NCBI GenBank assembly: GCA_963840935.1
Contig: CAWJAS010000001.1
Location: 192,875 to 256,874, forward strand
Direction: 5' to 3'
Length of the DNA: 64,000 nucleotides
DNA from: Candidatus Magasanikiibacteriota bacterium
Lineage (GTDB): Bacteria > Patescibacteriota > Patescibacteriia > Magasanikbacterales > GWA2-37-8
Shown: in pieces, positions 1 through 9,767 of the stretch
How positions within the stretch are numbered: the stretch's first letter is position 1
How the letters are laid out: each line of letters begins with the position of its first letter
Program-made: the position numbers and the translations under genes
The notes under the pieces: generated by a model
Told to the model about the DNA's origin: nothing
The model's database searches: none
What the model saw: only the letters and a program-made list of their open reading frames with translations

Positions 1-2
1 CG

Positions 3-92
3 AGTGTTGTTGATTTATTGAATAATCAGGCGGTTATCATCAGCAAGATCGGTATTGAAGAAGTGGAAAAAGTTTTATCCAAAAAGGATTAA
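3..92 (+). CDS. rplD: 50S ribosomal protein L4, C-terminal fragment (gene continues upstream of window)
   Basis: Frame-3 ORF running off the 5' edge of the window, ending in TAA at 90-92, directly upstream of rplW in the conserved S10 operon order. Sequence ...VVDLLNNQAVIISKIGIEEVEKVLSKKD*. Confidence 0.5.
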   Translation, partial: SVVDLLNNQAVIISKIGIEEVEKVLSKKD

Positions 93-104
93 TATCTAAA
101 TGAT

Positions 105-494
105 ATGGGATTATTAAAAAGAAAAAAAACACCGGTTGAAGAACCCGTAAAAAAGACCGAAGAAATAGCGCCTATCGGCGCGGTCATTTCCGGTAAGTCG
201 GCGGGCGGTGTAAAAAATAGCCGTTTGATAATTCGTCCTTTAGTTACTGAAAAGGCGGCGGTGGCTCAGAGCCAAAACAAATATTCTTTTATCGTCAATC
301 GAAACGCCGATAAATTGGAAGTTAAAAGAGCAATAAAAGAAATTTTTGGCGTTGAACCGATTAGTGTTAACATAATAAATGTTGATGGAAAAATAAGACG
401 TTTCGGGCAATCTAAAGGCAGAAAACAAGATTACAAAAAAGCGGTTATTACTTTGCCTAAAGGAAAATCCATTTCAGTTCACGAAGGTGTATAA
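105..494 (+). CDS. rplW: 50S ribosomal protein L23 (with N-terminal Lys-rich extension)
   Basis: Motif LIIRPLVTEKA...YSFIVNRNADKLEVKRAIKEIFGVEPISVNI, typical of L23. Operon position between L4 and L2. Confidence 0.9.
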   Translation: MGLLKRKKTPVEEPVKKTEEIAPIGAVISGKSAGGVKNSRLIIRPLVTEKAAVAQSQNKYSFIVNRNADKLEVKRAIKEIFGVEPISVNIINVDGKIRRFGQSKGRKQDYKKAVITLPKGKSISVHEGV

Positions 495-504
495 ATGAAA
501 TATT

Positions 505-1350
505 ATGCCGATTAAAAAATACAAACCAACAACCAGCGGACGACGCTTTGCCAGCGTGGATGCTTTTTCCGATGTTACAAAACATAAGCCGGAAAAGTCT
601 TTGGTTAAAATATTGCACCCAAAATCAGGCAGAAATAATCAGGGTATTATTACCGTACGGCATAAATCGGGCGGAGCAAAAAAACTTTACCGTTTGGTTG
701 ATTTCAAACAAACAAAATTTAATGTCGAAGCGGAAGTTTTGGCCGTTGAGTATGATCCGAATCGTGGGCCGAGAATCGCTTTGATTAAATATGATGACGG
801 TGAAAAATCATATGTGCTTTGTCCGGAAGGTTTAAAAGTCGGTGATAAAATTGTTTCAACCGATAAAGCCATTGAAGCCAAAAATGGTGTGAGAATGTCT
901 CTTGAACATATTCCCGTCGGTTTGTTTGTCTATAACATTGAATTGACACCGGGTAAGGGCGGGCAATTGGTACGCGGAGCCGGTTTATCAGCGCAGTTGG
1001 TCGGCATAGAAAATGAATACGCCCAAATTAAATTGCCATCAGGAGAGATTAGGTCTGTAAAAAAGCAATGCGCCGCTTCAGTGGGTGTGATGAGCAACGC
1101 CGATAAGCGTTTGATCAGATATGGAAAAGCCGGAAGAATGCGCCACAGAGGTATTAAACCGACAGTAAAAGGTAAAAATATGAATCCGGTTGACCATCCG
1201 CATGGTGGTGGTGAAGGCCATTCTCCAATCGGTCAAAAACGTGGTCCTCAGACTGTTTATGGTAAAACCGCCATGGGCGTAAGAACCAGACAGAGGGGAA
1301 AATGGAGCGATAAATTTATTATTAAATCCAGACGAAAAAACAAGAAATAA
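505..1350 (+). CDS. rplB: 50S ribosomal protein L2
   Basis: N-terminus [15 protein letters not shown] and C-terminal [13 protein letters not shown]...[22 protein letters not shown] are hallmark L2 motifs. Confidence 0.95.
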   Translation: MPIKKYKPTTSGRRFASVDAFSDVTKHKPEKSLVKILHPKSGRNNQGIITVRHKSGGAKKLYRLVDFKQTKFNVEAEVLAVEYDPNRGPRIALIKYDDGEKSYVLCPEGLKVGDKIVSTDKAIEAKNGVRMSLEHIPVGLFVYNIELTPGKGGQLVRGAGLSAQLVGIENEYAQIKLPSGEIRSVKKQCAASVGVMSNADKRLIRYGKAGRMRHRGIKPTVKGKNMNPVDHPHGGGEGHSPIGQKRGPQTVYGKTAMGVRTRQRGKWSDKFIIKSRRKNKK

Positions 1351-1351
1351 T

Positions 1352-1645
1352 ATGTCCAGAAGTTTAAAAAAAGGTCCTTACGTTGACCCTCGCGTGTTAA
1401 AAAAAGTGCAAGTGCAAAAAGATAGCGGTAAAAGAGACCCGATAAAAACATGGTCTCGCGCTTGCGTTATCTCACCCGAAATGGTTGGTTCGACTTTTTT
1501 GGTTCACAACGGCAAGGATTTTATCAATGTTTATATTGAGGAAGATATGGTCGGTCATCGTTTGGGTGAATTTTCGCCGACTCGCAAGTTTATAAATCAC
1601 GGCGGAAAGATGGCCAAAGGTCAGGATGCCGAAAAAAAGCAATAA
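1352..1645 (+). CDS. rpsS: 30S ribosomal protein S19
   Basis: [19 protein letters not shown]...[32 protein letters not shown]. Confidence 0.95.
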   Translation: MSRSLKKGPYVDPRVLKKVQVQKDSGKRDPIKTWSRACVISPEMVGSTFLVHNGKDFINVYIEEDMVGHRLGEFSPTRKFINHGGKMAKGQDAEKKQ

Positions 1646-1663
1646 TGAAATAAGAATTATTTT

Positions 1664-2041
1664 ATGACCAAGGAAGTTAAAGCCACATTAAGATTTTTAA
1701 AAATGGGACCGCGAAAAGTGCGGTTGATTGCCGATACTATGCGAGGCCATAAAGCGGTTATTTTGCTTGAGCGTTTGCCTTTAAAACATCAAAAAGCCGC
1801 TATTCCAATGCTCAAATTGTTAAAATCAGCGATTGCCAACGCCAAAATTAATCATAAATATGAAGCGGAAACTTTGCGTGTTAAGTCTGTTACGGTTGAC
1901 GGCGGACCGATGGTAAAGAGATGGATGCCAAAAGCGCATGGACGAGCGACGCCCTTAAGACAGAGAACATCGCATATTAATTTGGTTTTAATTTCCGAGG
2001 AGCCAAAAGCCAAAAAAATCAAAAAATCAGAAAAAAAATAA
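1664..2041 (+). CDS. rplV: 50S ribosomal protein L22
   Basis: LRFLKMGPRKVRLIADTMRG... with a Lys-rich C-terminus. Operon position. Confidence 0.9.
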   Translation: MTKEVKATLRFLKMGPRKVRLIADTMRGHKAVILLERLPLKHQKAAIPMLKLLKSAIANAKINHKYEAETLRVKSVTVDGGPMVKRWMPKAHGRATPLRQRTSHINLVLISEEPKAKKIKKSEKK

Positions 2042-2087
2042 AAATAAAATATTATCTATAACAGTTTAGAAAATTGAATAATCAAAT

Positions 2088-2783
2088 ATGGGACACAAAG
2101 TACATCCGAAAATTCATCGCACACCATATATTTTCGCTTGGGACTCGAAATGGTTTGCCAAAAAAGAAAATTTACCGATTTTTTTGAAACAGGAAATCAA
2201 TATCCGAGCTTTTTTGGATAAGAAATTTAAGGATGCCGGCATCGACGCTGTCTCTATTGAACGTTCGCCAAAAGAAATGACTGTAACCATACTCGCGGCA
2301 AAGCCGGGTGTTATTATCGGCCGTTCAGGCCAAGGGGTAGAAGTGGTGCGTAAAGAAATTGAAAAAAAATATTTACAGCAAAAATTAAGAGTTAAATTAA
2401 ATATCATTCCTTTAAAACAGCCGGCATTATCGGCCGCCGTGGTGGCGCAAGGTTGCGCTTCGGAGATTGAAAGGCGTTTGCCTTTCCGCCGGGTTATGAA
2501 ACAGGCTATCGAAAGAGTAATGGTCGCCGGTGCCAAGGGAGTGAAAATAAATATGGCTGGACGATTAAACGGCGTGGAAATCGCCCGAAGGGAAGTGCTT
2601 TCAGCCGGGAAAATGTCTTTGATCACCTTTCGAAGCGATGTTGATTATGCGATCACTGAAGCACAAACAATATATGGTAAAATCGGCGTAAAAGTATGGA
2701 TTTATCACGGCGAAGCTTTTGGCCGTCGTGATAAGTTTGATAAAAAAACAGACAAGGAAGAAACGAAAAATATAAATAAATAA
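2088..2783 (+). CDS. rpsC: 30S ribosomal protein S3
   Basis: [11 protein letters not shown]...KH domain...[22 protein letters not shown]. Confidence 0.95.
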   Translation: MGHKVHPKIHRTPYIFAWDSKWFAKKENLPIFLKQEINIRAFLDKKFKDAGIDAVSIERSPKEMTVTILAAKPGVIIGRSGQGVEVVRKEIEKKYLQQKLRVKLNIIPLKQPALSAAVVAQGCASEIERRLPFRRVMKQAIERVMVAGAKGVKINMAGRLNGVEIARREVLSAGKMSLITFRSDVDYAITEAQTIYGKIGVKVWIYHGEAFGRRDKFDKKTDKEETKNINK

Positions 2784-2790
2784 AAAATGT

Positions 2791-3201
2791 ATGTTGATGC
2801 CTAAAAAAGTTGCACACCGCAAATGGCATAAAGGACGTAGACGAGGTTTGGGTGTGGCGACAAGAATAAATTCATTGGCCTTTGGAGAATATGGCTTAAA
2901 AAGCGATAGTCACGGTTGGGTTACAAGCCGTCAAATTGAATCAGCCAGACGCGTTTTGACTCGTTATGTCAGACGTGGAGGTAAGATTTGGATTCGTATT
3001 TTTCCGGATAAGCCAGTAACCAAAAAAGGAAATGAACAGCCGATGGGCGGTGGAAAAGGAGCGCCGGATCATTTTATCGCCGTAATCAAACCGGGCACCG
3101 TGCTTTTTGAAATGGGCGGAGTCACAAAAATTAACGCTCAAGAAGCGATTAAATTCGCCAGTTATAAATTGGGTATCAAAACAAAATTTATTGAAAAATA
3201 A
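2791..3201 (+). CDS. rplP: 50S ribosomal protein L16 (start possibly at 2797, MPKKV)
   Basis: [63 protein letters not shown]...MGGGKGAP. Confidence 0.95.
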   Translation: MLMPKKVAHRKWHKGRRRGLGVATRINSLAFGEYGLKSDSHGWVTSRQIESARRVLTRYVRRGGKIWIRIFPDKPVTKKGNEQPMGGGKGAPDHFIAVIKPGTVLFEMGGVTKINAQEAIKFASYKLGIKTKFIEK

Positions 3202-3206
3202 TTTGA

Positions 3207-3401
3207 ATGAATATGGATTTTGATGAAATTAAAAATTTAAATGTTACGGAACTCAAAGAACTGCTTGAAAAACAAGCCGGTGAATTGCGCGAACTGCGTT
3301 TTAAAGTTAATAATCAGCAATTAAAAACAGTGCATAAGATTAAAGAAACGAGAAAAACGATTGCCAGAATAAAAACTCTATTAAAAAATAAAACAAAATA
3401 A
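3207..3401 (+). CDS. rpmC: 50S ribosomal protein L29
   Basis: 64 aa, ...LNVTELKELLEKQAGELRELRFKVNNQQLK..., between L16 and S17. Confidence 0.9.
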   Translation: MNMDFDEIKNLNVTELKELLEKQAGELRELRFKVNNQQLKTVHKIKETRKTIARIKTLLKNKTK

Positions 3402-3410
3402 AGCCGTTTT

Positions 3411-3677
3411 ATGAATACAGTAACTAACAAAAAAACAATCGCGCGTGAATTTTCTGGAATTGTATATTCTGTTGCCATGGATAAGACGATTACGGTTGTG
3501 ATTGAAAGGCGCAAATTGCACCCGAAATATAAAAAGTATTATCGCGTTTCCGATAAATACCATGTTCATGACGAAAAAAATGAAGCAAAAAAGGGTGACA
3601 AAGTAAGGTTCGTGGAATGCCGACCGATATCCAAAACAAAGAGATGGCGATTGTTAGAAATTTTGAAAAAACAATAA
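3411..3677 (+). CDS. rpsQ: 30S ribosomal protein S17
   Basis: FSGIVYSVAMDKTITVVIERRKLHPKYKKYYRVSDKYHVHDE...RFVECRPISKTKRWRL. Confidence 0.95.
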   Translation: MNTVTNKKTIAREFSGIVYSVAMDKTITVVIERRKLHPKYKKYYRVSDKYHVHDEKNEAKKGDKVRFVECRPISKTKRWRLLEILKKQ

Positions 3678-3688
3678 ATTAGAAATGT

Positions 3689-4060
3689 ATGATTCAACAC
3701 CGCTCAATGTTAGTAGTAGCTGATAATAGTGGCGCAAAACGCTTGCAGTGTTTGCGCGTGCTTGGCGGTTATAAAAAACGATACGCGCGCTTGGGAGACG
3801 TAATTACTTGTTCGGTAAAAATGGCCGCGCCACGAGGTTTGGTTAAAAAAGGCGAAGTGGTCCATGCCGTTATTGTCCGTCAGCGCAAAGAAACAAGACG
3901 CAAAGACGGTACCTACATTCGTTTTGACGAAAATGCCGCGGTAATTATTGATAAAAAATCAAAAGAACCGAAGGGTTCGCGCATTTTTGGGCCGGTTGCT
4001 CGCGAATTGAGAAGCAACGGTTATCAAAAAATTATTTCTTTGGCACCGGAAGTTCTTTAA
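3689..4060 (+). CDS. rplN: 50S ribosomal protein L14
   Basis: [27 protein letters not shown]... Confidence 0.95.
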   Translation: MIQHRSMLVVADNSGAKRLQCLRVLGGYKKRYARLGDVITCSVKMAAPRGLVKKGEVVHAVIVRQRKETRRKDGTYIRFDENAAVIIDKKSKEPKGSRIFGPVARELRSNGYQKIISLAPEVL

Positions 4061-4111
4061 TCAGTAACTAAATTTATTTATAAATAGAACGGTTTATTAA
4101 TAAGGGCGAAT

Positions 4112-4420
4112 ATGAAAATTAAAACAAATGACAAAGTAAAAATAATTACCGGGAAAGATGCCGGCAAAGAGGGTAAGGTAATTCAGGTTTTTTCCGACTC
4201 CAATAAAATAGTTGTTGAAGGCGCTAACCTTATGAAAAAACACATGCGTCCCAGACAAAAAGGCGAAAAGGGTCAGATTATTGAATTATCCGCTCCGTTG
4301 AATGCGTCAAACGCCATGGTAATTTGTGAAAAATGCGGAAAACCGACACGCCTTGGTTATAAACTTGACGGTGATGTCAAAAAAAGATTTTGTAAAAAAT
4401 GCAAAGAATTTATCGCTTAA
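4112..4420 (+). CDS. rplX: 50S ribosomal protein L24 (C-terminal CxxC...CxxC)
   Basis: KVKIITGKDAGKEGKVIQVF...KOW motif. C-terminal CEKCGKPTRLGYKLDGDVKKRFCKKC. Confidence 0.9.
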   Translation: MKIKTNDKVKIITGKDAGKEGKVIQVFSDSNKIVVEGANLMKKHMRPRQKGEKGQIIELSAPLNASNAMVICEKCGKPTRLGYKLDGDVKKRFCKKCKEFIA

Positions 4421-4424
4421 TATT

Positions 4425-4967
4425 ATGACTCCTAATTTATACGCAAAATACAAGAAAGAAATCGCGCCGGCCATGAAAAAAGAGCTTGGCTATAAAAGCG
4501 TGATGCAGGTTCCGAAGATAACAAAAATTGTTATCAATGTTGGCGTGGGAAAGTTTTTAAAGGAGCCAAATTATATTGAAAATGTTGAAAAGACATTAAA
4601 AAACATCACCGGGCAAAAGCCTGTTCGCACAAAATCCAAGAAAGCAATTTCTAACTTCAAGATTCGCGAGAATATGGATATTGGGGTGGTGGTTACTTTG
4701 CGAGGGCCGAAAATGTATTTCTTTTTAGAAAAATTATTGTCCGTAACATTGCCAAGAACACGCGACTTTCGTGGAATTTCTGCAAAATCTTTCGATAAAA
4801 GCGGTAATTATAATTTGGGTTTTAAAGAAAATATCGCCTTTCCGGAAATTAAAGCGGCTGAAATTGAAAAAAGCCATGGCTTGCAGATAGTGTTTGTCAC
4901 TAACGCAAAATCAAAAGATGAAAGCAAAATGCTCTTGGAAAAATTCGGTTTTCCCTTTGTAAAGTAA
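4425..4967 (+). CDS. rplE: 50S ribosomal protein L5 (start at internal ATG 4425, just after rplX stop)
   Basis: MTPNLYAKYKKEIAPAMKKELGYKSVMQVPKITKIVINVGVGK... The track ORF 4326..4967 overlaps rplX; the ATG at 4425 follows the rplX TAA at 4418-4420. Confidence 0.9.
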   Translation: MTPNLYAKYKKEIAPAMKKELGYKSVMQVPKITKIVINVGVGKFLKEPNYIENVEKTLKNITGQKPVRTKSKKAISNFKIRENMDIGVVVTLRGPKMYFFLEKLLSVTLPRTRDFRGISAKSFDKSGNYNLGFKENIAFPEIKAAEIEKSHGLQIVFVTNAKSKDESKMLLEKFGFPFVK

Positions 4968-4976
4968 TATTCTATT

Positions 4977-5162
4977 ATGGCTACCCAATCGCAAATAGCA
5001 AAATCTAATCGTAAACCAAAATTTTCAACACGGATAGTTCGCCGATGCTGGAAATGCGGGCGTCAACACGGATTTTTCAGAAAATTCGGTTTGTGCCGTA
5101 TTTGCTTTCGCGAATTAGCCAATGCCGGAAAAATTCCAGGCGTTCGAAAATCAAGTTGGTAA
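4977..5162 (+). CDS. rpsZ: 30S ribosomal protein S14 type Z (zinc-binding)
   Basis: 61 aa, [25 protein letters not shown]. Confidence 0.95.
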   Translation: MATQSQIAKSNRKPKFSTRIVRRCWKCGRQHGFFRKFGLCRICFRELANAGKIPGVRKSSW

Positions 5163-5199
5163 TAATCAATATAATCAAATAAATTATCTATAAAATGTT

Positions 5200-5589
5200 A
5201 TGATGACCGATCCTATCGCTGACATGTTAACCAGAATCAGGAACGCCTCAATGGTTCATAAAAAAGAGGTGGCTTTGCCATATTCAAAAATCAAATTGGC
5301 CATTGCCGAAATTTTGGTTCGTGAGGGCTTTTTGGAAAAAATTGAAGTTTCCGAAGATAAAAAGCCACAGATTTTGATAACATTAAAATATCAAGGTCGC
5401 GAATCGGCGATTAATTCTTTAAAAAGAATATCAAAACCGGGGCATCGCCAATATGTAAAATCTACCGAGATTGGCAAAGTGCTTAATGGTTTTGGTTTGG
5501 CTATCATATCAACGCCAAAAGGGGTAATGACTCACGCAGAAGCCAAGAAAGAAAAGATTGGCGGGGAATTGATTTGCGAGGTGTATTAA
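5200..5589 (+). CDS. rpsH: 30S ribosomal protein S8
   Basis: MTDPIADMLTRIRNA... Confidence 0.95.
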   Translation: MMTDPIADMLTRIRNASMVHKKEVALPYSKIKLAIAEILVREGFLEKIEVSEDKKPQILITLKYQGRESAINSLKRISKPGHRQYVKSTEIGKVLNGFGLAIISTPKGVMTHAEAKKEKIGGELICEVY

Positions 5590-5615
5590 TTTGTTACCAT
5601 AAATAAATAAAAAAT

Positions 5616-6161
5616 ATGTCCCGTATCGGCAAAAAAATTATAACTATTTCCGAAGGAATTACCGTTGAATTGAAGGGTAATAATTTAGTTGTTAAAGGCC
5701 CGAAAGGCGAATTGAAACAGCGAGTTCATCCGCGCGTTAATATTGGAATTAAAGATAATGAAATAACTATTGGCGTGGCAAATGAAAATCTCAAAAAAGA
5801 CCGCGCTCTTTGGGGTACATTCGCGAGCATTACGATTAATATGATTAAGGGTGTTTCCGAAGGTTATAAAAAACAACTGGAAATTAACGGTGTCGGTTAT
5901 AAGGCGAACATGAAGGGCGACACACTGGTTTTGGATGTCGGTTATTCTCACCAAGTTGAATTTAAAGCCCCTGAGGGAATTAAATTATCGGTTGAAAAAA
6001 ATCTTATTACCGTCGAAGGGATTGATAAACAAGTTGTTGGTGAAACCGCCGCTCAGATAAGAAAAATAAAAAAACCTGAGCCGTATAAAGGCAAAGGAAT
6101 AAAGTATTTAGATGAAGTGGTGCGCCGTAAAGCGGGTAAGACTGCAGCTAAATCTTCATAA
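5616..6161 (+). CDS. rplF: 50S ribosomal protein L6
   Basis: MSRIGKKIITISEGITVELKGNNLVVKGPKGEL... Confidence 0.95.
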   Translation: MSRIGKKIITISEGITVELKGNNLVVKGPKGELKQRVHPRVNIGIKDNEITIGVANENLKKDRALWGTFASITINMIKGVSEGYKKQLEINGVGYKANMKGDTLVLDVGYSHQVEFKAPEGIKLSVEKNLITVEGIDKQVVGETAAQIRKIKKPEPYKGKGIKYLDEVVRRKAGKTAAKSS

Positions 6162-6172
6162 AGATTAATTTT

Positions 6173-6556
6173 ATGTCCAGCAATATAAACAGCCAATCAA
6201 GAAATCAGGTAAGAAGCGTAAGACACGCGCGTGTTAGAGCGAAAGTCAAAGGCACCGCCGATCGTCCCAGATTATCGGTTTTTCGAAGTATTAAAAGCAT
6301 TTATCTGCAGATTATTGACGATGTAACCGGAAAAACCGTTTGTCAGGCGAATTCTGAAGAATTAAAAAATGCCAAAACAAAAGTAGAAGGTCGCGAAGGA
6401 AAGGTTGCTTTAGCCTATCTGACCGGTAAGAAAATTGCCGAACGCGCCAAAGAAAAAGGAGTGAAAGAAATTGTTTTTGACAGAGGCGGATATCGTTATC
6501 ACGGACGCGTCGCGGCAGTTGCCGACGGAATGCGCGAGGGCGGACTAATATTTTAA
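6173..6556 (+). CDS. rplR: 50S ribosomal protein L18
   Basis: RPRLSVFRSIKSIYLQIIDDVTGKTV...GGYRYHGRVAAVADGMREGGL. Confidence 0.9.
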   Translation: MSSNINSQSRNQVRSVRHARVRAKVKGTADRPRLSVFRSIKSIYLQIIDDVTGKTVCQANSEELKNAKTKVEGREGKVALAYLTGKKIAERAKEKGVKEIVFDRGGYRYHGRVAAVADGMREGGLIF

Positions 6557-6577
6557 TCGCCAAATAATCTCATAAAT

Positions 6578-7114
6578 ATGAAACCAATGCGGAAAAAAAG
6601 CAATCGACCCAAACGGGATGAAAAAAAGGAATTTGACCAGCATATTTTGGACCTGGCCAGAGTTACTCGTGTCACCAAAGGCGGAAAACACCTGAGTTTT
6701 CGTGCCTGCGTTGTTATTGGCGACAGAGCCGGACGCGTGGGCTTTGGCGTAGCTAAGGGCAAAGATGTGCAATTGGCGGTAGATAAATCCAGCCGTCAGG
6801 CAAAAAAGAATATTATTAAAGTACCGATTGTCAGAGAAACAATTCCGCATCAGATTTTATCAAAATATAAAGCGGCAAAAGTATTGCTCAAACCGGCGCC
6901 TGTCGGTTCCGGTATTATCGCCGGAGGAGCGGTGCGAACAGTTTTGGAGTTAGCTGGAATTCCCAATATTTCATCCAAAATTTTATCAAAAACAAAAAAT
7001 AAAATTACTGTGGTTAAAGCCACTTTTGAAGCCCTAAAAAGTTTCATGAAAAATAACGAAAAAGTGGTTCAAATTAAAATTGAAAACAAAGAAGATGAAA
7101 ATATTTCTGAATAA
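6578..7114 (+). CDS. rpsE: 30S ribosomal protein S5 (no rpmD/L30 gene follows)
   Basis: VTRVTKGGKHLSFRACVVIGDRAGRVGFGVAKGKDVQLAVDKS... The next gene is L15. Confidence 0.9.
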   Translation: MKPMRKKSNRPKRDEKKEFDQHILDLARVTRVTKGGKHLSFRACVVIGDRAGRVGFGVAKGKDVQLAVDKSSRQAKKNIIKVPIVRETIPHQILSKYKAAKVLLKPAPVGSGIIAGGAVRTVLELAGIPNISSKILSKTKNKITVVKATFEALKSFMKNNEKVVQIKIENKEDENISE

Positions 7115-7122
7115 ATATAAAT

Positions 7123-7626
7123 ATGAAACTGACTTTACACACAATTAAACCGTCCAAGGGGTCCAAAAAATCCAAAAAAAGAGTTGGTCGCGGTAACGCT
7201 TCCGGCCACGGAACATATTCCACTCGCGGTGGAAAAGGTCAGACCGCTCGCTCGGGTGGCAGTCATCGTTTGCGTCTCAAAGCTTTCAAGCGCTTGATGC
7301 AATCGACTCCGAAATTACGCGGTTTCAAAAGTTTGAATGAAAAACCGGCTGAAGTTAGTTTGGCAAAATTGGAAAAATATTTTGACAATGGAGCTGTTGT
7401 GAATATCGCCGTGCTGAAAGAGAAAAAATTAATCGGTGTCGGGCAAAAAAAGGCAAAGATTTTGGTTAAAGGAGAAATTACAAAAAAATTAATAATTGAT
7501 GGAATCGCTTGCACAAAATCAGCCAAAGAAATGATTGAAAAGGCCGGTGGTGAAGTCAAAACAGCGGTAGTTGAAAAGCCTGAAATTAAAAAAGGAAAAA
7601 AAGTTAAAGCAACCGATGCTGAATAA
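7123..7626 (+). CDS. rplO: 50S ribosomal protein L15
   Basis: KKRVGRGNASGHGTYSTRGGKGQTARSG... Confidence 0.9.
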   Translation: MKLTLHTIKPSKGSKKSKKRVGRGNASGHGTYSTRGGKGQTARSGGSHRLRLKAFKRLMQSTPKLRGFKSLNEKPAEVSLAKLEKYFDNGAVVNIAVLKEKKLIGVGQKKAKILVKGEITKKLIIDGIACTKSAKEMIEKAGGEVKTAVVEKPEIKKGKKVKATDAE

Positions 7627-7698
7627 GATTGGTGATTGAATTAAGATGATTTTGAGTGTATTATTGGATTACAGAGTTTATTTTATTGGTTAAATACT

Positions 7699-8976
7699 AT
7701 GTGGGAAAAAATAAGCCAAATTTGGAAAATAAAAGACGTACGCAAAAATATTTTAATAGTTTGCGGTTTGCTTGCTATCTATAGATTGGTGGTACATATT
7801 CCCGTACCTGGTGTTAATATTGATAATTTGCGTGATTTTTTATCCGGACAGCAAATTTTTCAACTTCTTGATGTGTTTTCCGGTGGCACGGTAAAGAATT
7901 TTTCATTGATCATGCTTGGCGTGGCTCCATATATTACTTCCTCGATTATTTTTCAGTTGTTGACCATGATTGTGCCGAAATTGGAAGAAATGCAAAAAGA
8001 AGGGGAATCGGGGCAAGCGAGAATCAACATGTATACTCGCTGGCTCACGGTACCGCTCGCATTTTTGCAATCATACGCCATGATAAGATTTTTGGCCGGC
8101 TCGTCAAATGATATTTTACCGGCTGATTTGGGGGGCATGGGAATGCTTACAATAATGTTCAGTATTACCGGTGGAACTATGTTTTTGGTTTGGATCGGTG
8201 AATTGATTTCCGAGAGAAAGGTTGGCAACGGTATTTCATTGTTAATCTTTGCCGGTATCGTGGCTTCTTTGCCGTCTGTTTTGGCCGGTGCGGTTGCCAA
8301 TTATACATCAGCGGATTTTTATACATTTATTATGTTTGGCGCGATAACCATAGCCACAGTAGTTGGCGTGGTATTTATTAACGAAGGACAAAGAAAAATT
8401 CCGGTTAATTATGCCAAACAAGTAAGAGGAACCCGTGTTTTTGGCGGAGGCACAACGCATTTGCCGATTCGCGTTAATATGGCCGGTGTTATTCCGATTA
8501 TCTTTGCCATTTCTTTGGTTATGGTCCCGCCGATGATAGCCCAGTTTTTTGTTTCGGCGAAGGCGGAATGGTTAAAGGATACAGCCATGTTTGTTATCAG
8601 AATTTTTAACAATCAGGCTTTTTACGGCATACTGTATTTCTTATTGGTTTTTGGTTTTACATTTTTCTACACCTCGGTAATTTTTAATCCTCACAAAGTT
8701 GCGGAGAATTTGCAAAAGAATGGCGGTTTTATTCCCGGAATCAGACCGGGTAAAGAAACTGAGGGGTATCTTACTTCAATTGTCAGTCGGATAAATCTTG
8801 TTGGCGCCAGCTTTTTGGGCTTGATTGCCGTTTTGCCTTTACTTTTACGCGCGGTTAGTGGTTCGCAGGTTTTAACAATCGGTGGCACCTCACTTTTAAT
8901 CGTTGTGGCGGTTGCCATTGAATCAGCCAAACAAATTGAATCGCAAGTGACAATGCACGAATACGACCGGGTTTAA
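7699..8976 (+). CDS. secY: Preprotein translocase subunit SecY
   Basis: 425-aa multi-TM protein with SecY motifs (GxxPYITSSII, plug, LVWIGELISERKVGNGISL). Operon position after L15. Confidence 0.95.
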   Translation: MWEKISQIWKIKDVRKNILIVCGLLAIYRLVVHIPVPGVNIDNLRDFLSGQQIFQLLDVFSGGTVKNFSLIMLGVAPYITSSIIFQLLTMIVPKLEEMQKEGESGQARINMYTRWLTVPLAFLQSYAMIRFLAGSSNDILPADLGGMGMLTIMFSITGGTMFLVWIGELISERKVGNGISLLIFAGIVASLPSVLAGAVANYTSADFYTFIMFGAITIATVVGVVFINEGQRKIPVNYAKQVRGTRVFGGGTTHLPIRVNMAGVIPIIFAISLVMVPPMIAQFFVSAKAEWLKDTAMFVIRIFNNQAFYGILYFLLVFGFTFFYTSVIFNPHKVAENLQKNGGFIPGIRPGKETEGYLTSIVSRINLVGASFLGLIAVLPLLLRAVSGSQVLTIGGTSLLIVVAVAIESAKQIESQVTMHEYDRV

Positions 8977-8996
8977 AATAATTCTTGAATTTGAAC

Positions 8997-9021
8997 AACC
9001 GGCGTTAATCGCCGGTTTTTG
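8997..9021 (+). terminator. Intrinsic terminator after secY (aaccggcg-ttaat-cgccggtt + T-run)
   Basis: Perfect 8-bp stem and T-run seen in sequence. Confidence 0.6.
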
Positions 9022-9087
9022 ATTGAAAAAACTAGTTAAATTTGGTACTATAGTAGCGTAAAAATTATTAAGAAATTAGCCAAAAAT

Positions 9088-9759
9088 GTGAAAAAAATTA
9101 TTTTTTTTGTCGGACCTCCGGGTTGCGGCAAGGGCACACAAGCCAAGAAAATAGCCAAAAAGAATCAGTATTTGCATGTTTCAACCGGAGATTTAATCCG
9201 TTCAATTGCCATTGACCCGGATGCCAGCGAGGCGGAAAAATCGATTCTTAGCGAAGTAAATACGCGGGGTAAATTGGCACCCGATTGGTTTGTTTGTGGA
9301 TTAATTTTTAGAACAATTGAAAGATTTCTAAAAAAACAAGATTACAAGGGAATCATTTTTGATGGCGCCATTCGGACGCTTGAACAAGCGATGCGAGTGA
9401 GTCAGTATTTGGAAACGAAAGATTTGGATAAAAGCTCTTTGGTAGTGGCTATTATGATTAGTGATGAAGAAGCGTTTAATCGTTTGACCAAAAGGCGGGT
9501 GTGCGTTAATTGCCGTGAAATTATTCCGTGGCTCGAAACTACAAAAAAAATCGTTGTTTGTCCTCAGTGCGGTGGTGATTTGCAAGTGAGGCCGGATGAT
9601 AAAGAAGAAACGATTAAAAAAAGGATTAAAGAGCAAGGAAATAGTGCGTTGATGAAAATTCTTGAATATTATGAGCGTTTGGGAATATTAAAAATGATAA
9701 ACGGGGAGCAACCCATTGAAGATGTGGCGCGAGATGTTGAAAAAACATTGGTTAAATAA
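9088..9759 (+). CDS. adk: Adenylate kinase (GTG start; Zn-binding LID with CxxC...CxxC)
   Basis: FFVGPPGCGKGTQAKKIA P-loop. LID CVNCREI...CPQCGG. Confidence 0.9.
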   Translation: MKKIIFFVGPPGCGKGTQAKKIAKKNQYLHVSTGDLIRSIAIDPDASEAEKSILSEVNTRGKLAPDWFVCGLIFRTIERFLKKQDYKGIIFDGAIRTLEQAMRVSQYLETKDLDKSSLVVAIMISDEEAFNRLTKRRVCVNCREIIPWLETTKKIVVCPQCGGDLQVRPDDKEETIKKRIKEQGNSALMKILEYYERLGILKMINGEQPIEDVARDVEKTLVK

Positions 9760-9767
9760 TTTATTGC

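Noticed and set aside
4326-4424. Upstream extension of the rplE ORF (track start 4326) overlapping rplX
   Set aside because: The conserved L5 N-terminus begins at the ATG at 4425, immediately after the rplX stop. The extension would overlap L24 in another frame.
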